A stretch of 64,000 bases of DNA, from NCBI GenBank assembly GCA_951406725.2, contig OX597814.1, positions 21,390,001 to 21,454,000 on the forward strand, written 5' to 3'. Shown piece after piece: positions 40,747-52,536 of this stretch. The notes beneath the pieces were generated by a model. That model searched no databases and had not been told where the DNA came from. It was given only the letters and a program-made list of their open reading frames with translations. The first letter of the stretch is position 1. Every line of letters starts with the position of its first letter. The translations under genes were made by a program, and so were the position numbers. Source of the DNA: Octopus vulgaris. Lineage: Eukaryota.

Positions 40747-41337
40747 TAAATCCTTTGCATCCTGTTTTCTATCACCTACACCACTAACTGGCATATACAG
40801 GTGCTTACAGTTATCAAGTAGTCACCCTGAATTTTGTGTATATGTATATAGATATATGTATGTGTGTATATGTTAGTGTGTCTGTGTTTGTCCCCCCAAC
40901 ATCGCTTGGCAAAAGAGACCGATAGAATAAGTACTAGGCTTATAAAGAATAAGTCATGGAGTCGATTTGCTCGATTAAAGGCGGTGCTTCAGCATGACCA
41001 CAGTTAAATGACTGAAACAAGTAAAAGAGTAAAAGAGTATCCAGTTATGTTATTTTGTTTTCAAAAGTTGAATCAAATGCAAAAATGCGCGATAGTTTGA
41101 CAGAATCAGACAAAATACATTTTGTTATTTAGCTATAGCCATTTATGTTGCGCTTTCAAATCCCACCGAGGTCAACGATGCCTTTCGTCCTCCGAAATCG
41201 TTAAAATAAATTATCAGTCAAATTCTGAGATCGATTTAATCTACTGATACGGTCGTTCCTCAAGCTTCTTCAAATATTGAACAACACTTGCTTGTATTGT
41301 TTGCAGCTTAAGGTTGTTTAGTGACTATAGCATGAAT

Positions 41338-41530
41338 TTCAAATTTTGGCAGAAGTTCAGCAATTTAGGGGGGAAAGGTAAGTCGACCACATTGAGCCGC
41401 ACTGTTCAACTGGTACTTATTTTACCGACCCCCGATAAGAAGAAAGGCAAAGTTGAACTCGGTGGAATTACAACTCAGAACGTGAAGACGGACGAAATGC
41501 CGCCAAGCATATTTGACTGCGTAGTAACGA
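41338..41530 (-). mobile_element. SINE family 2-related copy
   Basis: Reverse-complement match to the family 2 head and body. Confidence 0.75.
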
Positions 41531-42307
41531 TTCTGCCAACTCACCGTCTTCTTAGTGACTAAAATATTAGCAATGAAATTAGGTATTACTAACTTTGAAG
41601 TATATATTGATAGGAAATTTCTGCTGAAATCCAATAACTGACGAGTTATATACTCTGAATGTCACTGTACACGACGCACAGTCGACAGAAGGAAACAAAC
41701 ACTTGTGTAGATATAATCAACAATACTCCTCCCCAAAGCATGTGACCTTGTGCTTGATTTAGAAAGCAATAACGTGTTATTTTGCTTTTTATTACATTAA
41801 GATGATATTAAATATAGGTTTCTTTCGTTTGAGTAAATACTGTGATAACTCGATTGAAGTATATCGATAAAGTCACATGATTCTATTTTTAATCATATTT
41901 GATTCAAATAATTATTTGTCACTGAAAATGATTTTATAAAATCAATAATTGCAGTATTCATTTTAGTATTCTGAAAGTGTCTCCAGAAATATTTTTATAC
42001 CAATAGATTTTCCTAAATTTACATAATTATCATACTGGTTCACATAGTTTAGTAACAATTCAATTTAAGAGCTTTTGATGAATTAAGGGTTCTGTATATT
42101 TATAATATTTATAATAACTAGTTTTCTGTATCTAGTTGTAATATTTATATCTTAACCAAAATAAGCTACACGATATTTGCATCAATTTATTCATTTACTT
42201 CTTAAATTCAAGCACGGTCTCCAACTATATTACAACTATTATTTTAGGTATATCTATCTACACTCCATTTTCACGAAGCATTATGTATCAGTAGAAGGAA
42301 GGCACCA

Positions 42308-42521
42308 TCTTCTTCTTCTTCTTCTTCTTCTTCTTCTTCTTCTTCTTCTTCTTCTTCTTCTTCTTCTTCTTCTTCTTTTACTACTACTACTACTACTCGT
42401 AATAGTAGTAGTAGTTGTTGTTGTAGTTGTAGTAGTAGCAGCAGCAGCAACAGTAGTAGTAGTAGTAGTAGTAATAGTAGTAGTAGTAGTAGTAGTGGCA
42501 GCAGCAGTAGCAGCAGCAGCA
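42308..42521. repeat. (CTT)n/(CTA)n/(GTA)n/(GCA)n compound trinucleotide array
   Basis: Read directly from the sequence. Confidence 0.95.
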
Positions 42522-43849
42522 ATTGAGCTTCGATCGAACAGGCGTATGATGAAAGGCGTACAAACCATAATTATTCCGTACTTAAGTTATAATGTATCTA
42601 GGATTCCATTATCCTGAACATGCGTATCCCTTTTTCTCTACTCTCTTTAAAAGATTCAAATGTATTCAAGGCAAATTTTATTAGCATTTTTAGCAGGTCG
42701 AACAGCCACGGAAAGATCGATAATCTAGTATTTATCTAAAATGGTTATGAAAATCGGTAGATTTGATTAAGTATATTTTAATTATCGTTAACCTGTATTT
42801 GTTTGAGAATATTTAAATGACTTAGATTTAATTTACTTTCGTTTCTTTTAAAAGGCATATTTGAGCTTATTTTTCGTGTGAGGCTTCCTTTTTGAATAAT
42901 CACAAAAATATTAGGAAAACCTGTAAACGGTCTATTGTGATACCTGTGCTATTATATCTAATATTATCACCAAAAGGAATCTGTACCACAAGAAGTTGTG
43001 AATACAGTATAAAGAAGATAAAACAAACCCCATAAGTTTACAGTTAACTTATATATATATATATACACTTCAAAACCTTGAATTATTGCTGAAATTTTCG
43101 AATTTTATGTGTTTTATTTGCAACTTTATATTCAGAAAATTGGAGGTAAGATATCGTGAATAACTCAAAATAGTCTTTATAATTATCCCACGTTCTCTTA
43201 ATAAACTTTTGATTTTTGCTATTTTGTTTCTTTGCCGTATATACATGATTCTTTTATTATCTGACACTTAGACACAGTCTAGAAGGAAAAAAATAGACAC
43301 ATAGAAATATTAAAATACAAAAGGTGAAAGAAGAGAAACAAAAGCGAAATCGTGAGATATTTTATGCAATAGCTAATGGCAGCTAAATTATAGGTCATGT
43401 TTGTCAGTTAAAAGAATAATAGATTGTTAAAATTGACGGTCTGATGAAACCGCCATCTTGTCTAGTTTTGAATTAACCATTTTATTCTCGTTATCATTGT
43501 GATTCTACAAAACTATATTTGTGAATATCTGATTCAACCAACTGATTCTTTTGTAAAATAACATTGTTTCTTTATTAGTTTTATTGGTGTTGCTTTTAAT
43601 GAATTCAGAAAATTTACCCCATTGCACAATGCATCTGATGGTGTTTCCAAACGTTTTCTGCTAAATAAGGAAGTCTATACGAACCAAAACTTTCGAAACA
43701 CAGGTCTGCTGCTAATCCTGTGGTTTTTGCTTTTTATTATTAGAAAATTAGTTCCCCGTTCTTGCGAGAAAATCTATTCTGATGTACCAAAGCACTTTAA
43801 CCCACATCACTATCATTGTCTAATTATCACATGGCACTACGACTAATAA

Positions 43850-44080
43850 GGCGGCGAGCTGGCAGAAACGTTAGCACGCCGGGCGAAATGCTTAGCGGTA
43901 TTTCGTCTGCCGCTACGTTCTGAGATCAATTTCCACCGAGGTCGAACTTGCCTGTCATCCTTTTGGGGTCGATTAAATAAGTACCAGTTACGCACTGGGG
44001 TCGATATAATTGACTTAATCCGATTGTCTGTCCTTGTTTGTCCTCTTTGTGTTTAGCCCCTTGTGGGTAGTAAAGAAATA
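43850..44080 (+). mobile_element. SINE family 2, full length, with target-site duplication
   Basis: GGCGGCGAGCTGGCAGAAACGTTAGCACGCCGG head. TSD GGCACTACGACTAA (43833-43846) / GGCATTACGACTAA (44081-44094). Confidence 0.9.
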
Positions 44081-45052
44081 GGCATTACGACTAACAACTT
44101 CTATATAAATATTTTCTATTTGAACCAAATCATTTATGTAGTTGTTCTTTTATACCACTATCAAGCACTCAAACTGAACATTAGCTGCACTAAGTTTATT
44201 CTGTCTTCCTACCTGCAAGAGCTAAAACACTAAAACTCACTCATAAAATGAATCAAATATCGATATGTTGCTATTATTGTATATTAATTCTATTTAAAGA
44301 TTCATCACATAAATATTTACACTTAAACCACAACTGTTATACTAAATAAGCCACAGGGGTAATTCTATGGATGTTTGAGAATAATGTTACATTTTTAAAA
44401 GGTTATATTTTTTAATAATACATGAAAGAATCTACCGAAAAACTCAAGAGCTATTTTAACTGAAGTGATTTTGAAATACTTTTTAATGTGTTAACTGTAC
44501 ATACAAAAGAACAGCTTCTCAGCAATATCGTTTCACTGTTAACAGAAGAACAGAGTTCTTATTTTGTTTAAGGTATGGAGGCAGTGGATTTGTTTAAAAC
44601 TAAAATAAATAATGCAGCTGCTTACAGATAAACTTCCTTCTAAAATAAGACCACATTAAGAGTGATTTGAACGAAGCAACAAAGGTAATATAATTGATGA
44701 TAACCAAAGTTAAATCGACATTAAATCTTTATATATATATTTATATATATATATGTATGTATGTATTGATGGTAAATCTACTTTAGATTAGGTATTTGTT
44801 GAATTTTAATAGTATTTAGAAATAGTTAATTTAGACACTATGAAACGCTATCTTAGATTTATTTCTATTATTGGTTGAGTTCTTACTTTTAATTCTTTAA
44901 ATTCCAGTAGTATAATTAATGTATGGGTAGATGAGTAAATGAATATTGGCAGCTGGTTCTCTTACAAAACTAGCCTGCTCACATACAATTCATTTGGATT
45001 CAAGATCGTAATATATCATTTGTACACACACACGCATGCACATACACACACA

Positions 45053-45124
<72 letters not shown>

Positions 45125-46600
45125 CCTATATATATATATATATATATAAATGTACAAGCATGCATGTATGTATACGTACAAAAATTCGATTTCGTTCGCT
45201 ATCTGTAAATATCGGTTTCTTTATTTTATATGCTGTTTTCTTTCTGCTGTTTCTTACAACAGAAATAGACAACCTTCTCACATAAACTTACACATGCATG
45301 TTTCTATGTGTCTATTTTCGTGTATATTCTTTAGAGCTTTTGTGTTCACAATCAGAGAATTCGATAAACTCTGCGAATTTCAGAACTGTCAATAGAATTC
45401 ACTTAAAAAATGATTTATTTTTATATAACGCATTGCCTTGACTCATATTTCTCGTCTATTTCTGTCAGAAAGAATTTTTGAATATGCATATATGTAAAAC
45501 AATGTAAAGCAGGATTACTGCAATAGACAGAAATGAATTGAAAAGTCTCTTTCGAAATTAAACCTTCTCTCGCTATTCTATGACTTCAATGAAATTCAAC
45601 AAGATTCCTGCTAACGACACCAATTAACACTGCAAATTAGCATTTGATAAATGTAATTTAAAATCAAGAAAATTCAATAACATTATTATGTTTTTCAGTG
45701 CTTGGAAAAAGAATAGTTAGTGTGATGGTTGTATTTGTGTGAATCAAGAGATTTATTATGTATCTGAGTTCAAAACTCGTCGGTCAATAATATTCCTTTC
45801 AGCTCTCAGGGGACAAAATATTTACTAGTTAACTCATGCGCGCAAAGATAGTCGGTTCTCTCTCTTGCCACAAATGAATATAGCTTTGTATTAATGTCAA
45901 AATTAGAAATCTTTATTTGTACTCACACTCCAAGGAGTTGGTAGGCAGTAGAAAGTGTTGTTTGATATTTAAATATATATTCAAATTCTGAGTTCAAATA
46001 CGGTTGAGGATGGAGTAACTACCAGTCAAGTACTGAGGTCGATTTAATTATTTCTGTCCTAATCACAATTTCTGACCTTAATTGCTTATTTCAGAAATCA
46101 TAATTATAATATTTTCACTACTCGTTAATTTAGTCTAATGATTAACTCATTAAAGCATAAAGTTTAATTTTCATTCTGCAATAAATTACATTTAATTATA
46201 ATCAAAAATACTTGTTAGTAGGTACTTTTTTCACCCTGCTGCATTGAGGATATTATTCGTTGATGATTAAAATGGATATCTTAACAGCAAAAATGTTGGT
46301 TCAAACCGTTAACAGCGCTGGCACTGTCTCACACATACTTCTTTTAAAAGGCGATAAGTTGGAAGAAATCATATATATATATATATTTAATATAGTTGAT
46401 CGACGGGATCCAAGATATTCTCTGTATAGAAGAGACTTAGTAATTCTCAAAAGATTTAAACTTAGACTCCAATGTCATTACAAGGAATCATTCCACAAGG
46501 TAAAGAAAGGCTAAAAGAGGGATCAGGTCGAGCGGGAATAGAAACAACTAAGGCAATAAGCAAATTAGACACATAAAATATATTAAATATATGAAATACA

Positions 46601-46643
<43 letters not shown>

Positions 46644-46885
46644 ATATATATATATATACACATACATACATACATACATACATACATACATACATACATA
46701 CATACACACACAATTTTGAGGATGTAATTTTCTCGTAAGGAATTTTTAATAACAATCTAGATGCCAACTGGCATTTCAATATATAGAAAGAACGTTCTTC
46801 AATATATATGTATAAACAATCTCATAATTTGTAAAGTTAAAAGAAAATGGAGAAGAAAAACTATATAATGGATACTTGATTCATT

Positions 46886-47322
46886 TTATTTGTATCAGAA
46901 TGGAAAAGTAATGCAAAGTAAAAGTGATACCTATAAAAATAAGCATAAAAGGAACCCGATCAACAAAACAACCAAACAATATCCGAAAATATCCAACAGA
47001 TGTTTCAATCCGGCAGTATGTTTGAATTATCAACATTCGAACGGTTATAATATTGCTTACATTTGCAAATTTCTAAACACAGTTATTTCGTAATTCAAGA
47101 CCGGAAAATATACTTACTTTTCCCTGAAGATACCAGGCAATCATTTGGTTAATTACATCTATAAACGTTTGAATGTTGATGATTCAAACATATTGTCGGA
47201 TTGAAATATGTGTAGGATTTTTTTTCGAATATTTTTTGGTTGTTTAGTTGATGTGGTTCATTTTATCCATATTCTTATAGGTATCACTTTGCATTATTTA
47301 TGTTTCCATTGTGATACAAATA
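46886..47322. repeat. Diverged inverted repeat (~165 bp arms) between microsatellites
   Basis: 46886-47049 is the approximate reverse complement of 47160-47322 (e.g. AAGTGATACCTATAA / TTATAGGTATCACTT). Confidence 0.75.
47121..47217 (+). ncRNA. Decayed hammerhead-like motif with long helix II
   Basis: UCC-CUGAAGA-uacca-GGCAAU...AUUGUC-ggauu-GAAA-UAUGUG-UA-GGA. The inverted arm at about 46990-47005 reads GAAACAUCUGUUGGA on the minus strand. Confidence 0.45.
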
Positions 47323-47344
47323 ATATATAGTTATAGATATATAG

Positions 47345-47527
<183 letters not shown>

Positions 47528-47529
47528 AT

Positions 47530-47792
47530 TAGAATGGAGAAACATTTAAATCAAAAAATCATATCGATGTATAATCCATACTTTAATAAATTACATATAT
47601 AAGGCAATATATAAATAAATATATATAAAGTAAAGTAAAGAGATATAAGTAAATTAATATAATATGCAAATAAACTGACATGGAGAGAAGTCCATTTATA
47701 TAAGATAAAGGCAGGTATAAATGAGGCATACAGGATCCACGGTCAGAGAATTAAATTAAATTTGTTATAATAGTGAAAAATATTATATAATC

Positions 47793-47842
<50 letters not shown>

Positions 47843-47972
47843 AAAATATATAAAGTGTATATAATATATACATATTATATATTTATAATATTTTTTAAAA
47901 AATAACACATATAGATGAAAAATATAAATCGTAGTTCATAAAATTTAAAGTATAAAGTTAATAAAAATTACT

Positions 47973-48015
<43 letters not shown>

Positions 48016-48145
48016 TAATAATAATAAAAATACTAAAATAGATACGTTAAGCAACACTTTCAAGATCGAAATAACTATAGTTATTTCGATCTTGAAGATG
48101 ACTTGTGAACTTAATGTATCTATTTTAGTATTTTTATTATTATTA

Positions 48146-48192
<47 letters not shown>

Positions 48193-48655
48193 GTAATTTT
48201 ATTAACTTTATAGCTTTAAATTTTATGAACTTCCAGTTTAATATTATTTTCATCTCCATATGTGTTAGCCTTTTTTTATAAAAAAAACTATTGAAATATA
48301 TAATATCGGTACTATAATATTAATATATACACTGTTATATATTTTGTTTTATATTGTTCTGTTTACCTTCCTTTTTGTACAAATGTTATTATATTATATA
48401 AGTGTAGCATTATGATTATATTTTATATTTTACATTTTTATATTTTTATATTTATATGTATATGATTATATATATTTTCACTATATAATATATTCTCTGA
48501 GAGCTATTTATGCCTCATATATATTTATTTGCATATTATATTTGAAATTTTTTACTTATATCTCTTTATCTTTTACTTTTATATATCTCATTTCATTTAT
48601 ATATTAAAGTATATATCATCGATAGTTGATGTTTATATATGTTTCTCATTCTCAT
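47530..48655. repeat. ~1.1 kb extremely AT-rich palindrome with a perfect 38 bp centre
   Basis: Centre TTCAAGATCGAAATAACTA|TAGTTATTTCGATCTTGAA at 48059-48096. Arms can be traced outward with many indels. Flanked by (TA)n. Confidence 0.75.
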
Positions 48656-48771
48656 ATATATTTACGGTAATATTATTATTTACCCATTTAATACAATAGA
48701 TGAACTGATACAATTTTTATATATTACTTTGTTGGGTATATATATATATTGGATATATATATATATTTTCA

Positions 48772-48814
<43 letters not shown>

Positions 48815-50830
48815 TATCATATATAGTCATATATATATATAAGCAATCTTCATATCCAAGTTAACATGGATACATTGTTAGAGCACCGAATAATGCGCTA
48901 TTTACCTTGAGAGGACTTCTCATGTGGACGATTGCTGAGAGATGATTAATTGTCCGTTACGGGTACCGGAACTGCCAAATCACATGATTTCGACGTGCTC
49001 TGTCTCTTCATTTACAGTCGTCCGGTAGCCGCATACCAGTCAGATCTCACTGCCTGGAATATATGGAATTTCTGTTGAAATCGGTGTGATTTGACGTCAT
49101 AGTGCAGATAGTCGGATCAATTCCTGCGAAACTCTGACGACTAAGCAAAGTTATCACTTTGGCAGAAATAATATGCAATCTCAATTTAATTAGGTCTTTC
49201 ACGTTCTGAGTTCAACAATAGTAGAACCTATCGCGTCACAGACGCTAAAGAGGAAAAGAGTGTGAGTATGTATGTGTGTGCGTGTCTGTTTAATGAAATT
49301 TGGTTCTGATTTTGCTATTCGATGCGATGCATATTTAATAGTCATAAATTTTGTTTTAGCTGGATTCGAAATCAATAAACTGTTTAGGCTAAATTCATGC
49401 TATGTGATTCCAAATGGATGTTAAATCTGCGTGTAAAAAGAATATTCTATATTGAAACTGCCTTTTAACTGGAAAACGAAATAAACACCAAGACACAAAT
49501 GTTAGCACCTTTCTAAAAATTCGAACTTTATCATCAAATAATTTATTGCATAAATACTTGATACTTATAACTAATGTTTAAGATCCTGTTTTAAAATACT
49601 GACTTAAATATCAATTTAGATAAAATTCAAACCTAAAAGAAAGAGAAAATGAAACAGTCAGAAATGGCGGTTTTGTATTACAATATTTTATTGCCAAACG
49701 CCTCACACCGTTCCAGAATAATATATGCAGTGTCAGGAATAATGTAATAATACACTCTGAGTAATTGGATTGTCAGTAAAAAGTAAATGAGCTGGTCTCT
49801 ATTTCTAAAAGTGTGATCTGACTAAAATAATTCATTAGAAATGCAATTAGGTTTTACATTATTGGGATTTTCCCTTTTAACAATATTTTCTGGAAGATGG
49901 GAATTAGTTAATGAGATAAAACCTCATTAGAAACTTGCATAATGTTGCAGAATTGTTCCGAAAATATCTTAATATAATTAGTGCGTTATATGTCCATCTT
50001 GCTATGTTGCTGTTTTAATATAGGCACTTCATAGAAAATAGGATATATATAAACATAACTAACTGTTCTTTATTTAAAGTGGCAAAAACATCTACAATGC
50101 AACAGTTTCAAGATGGTAAATATAGCGTAAAGGAAATATATTGTTTTAACAATAATCATGAAGTAAATTGATCAGGCAATGAGACATAAATTCTGAGTGT
50201 TAGAGTTCATAAAGAGAACAAATATCTACGAATAGAAAAAAACCCCAAAGATGCACGTGGACAAACAGTAAACTCGTTTAGAGAAATAGCAATTTCTAAG
50301 CAGACTGTCTCGGTAAAGAACACCTAAAGTTTCTATTTGACTTAAGCGAATTTAGTTTTAGTATACATAGAAGCCATTTAAATAGAGAAAATGCAAAATC
50401 TAAAGCAATATCAAAAGAAAGACTAATACAAATGTGTAGCTGATATCTCAACAAAGGAAGGAGTATTTGCTATTTAGTAAACATATTTTGAAATGCCTTA
50501 GATGAAAGAAAGATATTTAACAAGTAGGGTTACTTTAGTGTCATTCTCAAACGCATTCCTTTAGTATAGCAAGAGAAATATTTCACACAATTTTAACCAA
50601 AATATGCTAATGAATAAAAGCAAAGAAAAATTAATTCTAAATATTTCTTAAGAAACGACTTCAATAGGTTTCTGAAAGATGCCAAAGCGGATGCTCCAGA
50701 AAGTAATCGCTGAGGCAAGAAAACAAACAGCTCTTCTTTTTACCGAAAATTCAATTATTCAGGATATATATATATTAATGTATCAAAGCTGATAGATTTC
50801 ATTTTAAATGTGAAGCAGCGTTTTGCAAAG

Positions 50831-50878
<48 letters not shown>

Positions 50879-50924
50879 GCCTTTGCAACGCTTCACATTC
50901 AAGATGACGTCCTGCGCCCATGTA

Positions 50925-50963
<39 letters not shown>

Positions 50964-51374
50964 ACTCTTTTACTCTTTTACTTGTTTCAGTCATTTGACT
51001 GCGGCCATGCTGGAGCACCGCCTTTAGTCGAGCAAATCGACCCCGGGACTTATTCTTTGTAAGCCCAGTACTTATTCTATCGGTCTCTTTTGCCGAACCG
51101 CTAAGTGACGGGGACGTAAACACACCAGCATCGGTTGTCAAGCAATGCTAGGGGGACAAACACAGACACACAAACATACATACAAATACATATATATATA
51201 TACATATATACGACAGGCTTCTTTCAGTTTCCGTCTACCAAATCTACTCACAAGGCATTGGTCGGTCCGAGGCTATAGCAGAAGACACTTGCCCAAAGGT
51301 TCCACGCAGTGGGACTGAACCCGGAACCATGTGGTTCGTAAGCAAGCTACTTACCACACAACCACTCCTGTGCC
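50964..51374 (-). mobile_element. SINE family 1, full length
   Basis: Near-identical reverse complement of 9515-9960. Confidence 0.9.
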
Positions 51375-52051
51375 TATGTATGAACATATATGTATGTATA
51401 TATGCATATATATATATTATTTATATTATTATCTAATTGAAAGCCACGCATCCATTTCCAAGTAAGTATATCTTAATATTTTTGGTGCGACTCTACTCTT
51501 TATTGTTTTCTACTCTATCTGTCTCTCTGTTTTCTATCCGTCTCTCTCTCTCTCTCTCTTTCTTTCCTCTTTACTCTCTGTCTCTCTCTCTCTCTCTCTC
51601 TCGTTGTTTGCTTGTGACCATCGTCCATCTTTCTTTTCCTTACGTGATCATCTTCATTTTCCTTCAGTGCTGTCGTATCCCATCTGTCTCTCTCGTCTAT
51701 CTTCTGTCTTGTTAAAGACAATATTTCTCCAGCGTTCGCTACATTACTTCGTCTGGTCTAACGACCCTCCGTGTTTGTTTTCGTTCGGTTTCCTTGTATG
51801 TCTCCATTGTCCTGTTTTTGTTACCAAAATCCCAGATTGTATTTTTGATTTTTGCGGAAGCAACTGCTTTCGAAGTCTCATATTGTCGTTCAATGCTCGA
51901 AATGAGGAGTAGATGGACAGCCGACAACTGATGAAGGATCGTTCTTTATGTTATTTGTTCTGTTTTCCATTCGTTTCTCTCGTTGTTTGCGTACCCAACA
52001 TGTTTTTGTATTTCATGTTGTTTATGGTTTGTGAAGTCCTCAACCCATATA

Positions 52052-52181
<130 letters not shown>

Positions 52182-52192
52182 ATATATATGTA

Positions 52193-52241
<49 letters not shown>

Positions 52242-52244
52242 AGT

Positions 52245-52421
52245 TCCATATTTTGGTATAAGGCTAGCAATTTTCGTGGGAGGGGGTAAGTCAAGCACAT
52301 CGACCCCAGTGCTCCCCTCGTACTTATTTTATCGATCTCGACGGAATTTGAACTCAGAACGTAAAGAAGGTTGAAAAGCTGCTTTGCATCTTTGTCCGAC
52401 GTGCTAACGTTTCTGCCAGCT
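52245..52421 (-). mobile_element. SINE family 2-related copy
   Basis: CGACCCCAGTG...GGAATTTGAACTCAGAACGT...GTGCTAACGTTTCTGCCAGCT. Confidence 0.75.
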
Positions 52422-52477
52422 GAAAGACCTTATATACTGTATATAGATAGAATAGAATAGAATAGAATAGAATAGAT

Positions 52478-52536
<59 letters not shown>

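Larger units (their letters stand above)
39958..40830. mobile_element. Fold-back element with ~240 bp near-identical inverted arms plus an inner hairpin, inserted in the (TA)n of a SINE
   Basis: 39958-40198 vs 40533-40771 are reverse complements (the ORF track gives the same peptide on opposite strands). Inner inverted repeat at 40359-40400 / 40492-40535. SINE halves lie on either side. Confidence 0.8.
39805..41038 (+). mobile_element. SINE family 1 split into 39805-39945 and 40875-41038 by the fold-back insertion
   Basis: Collinear halves around the insert. Confidence 0.8.

Noticed and set aside
50280-50740. A-rich stretch vaguely like a decayed Tc1/mariner transposase
   Set aside because: No readable DDE motifs or TIRs; too degenerate to call by eye.
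51895-51945. GAAA ... CUGAUGA
   Set aside because: No consistent helices in any hammerhead topology.
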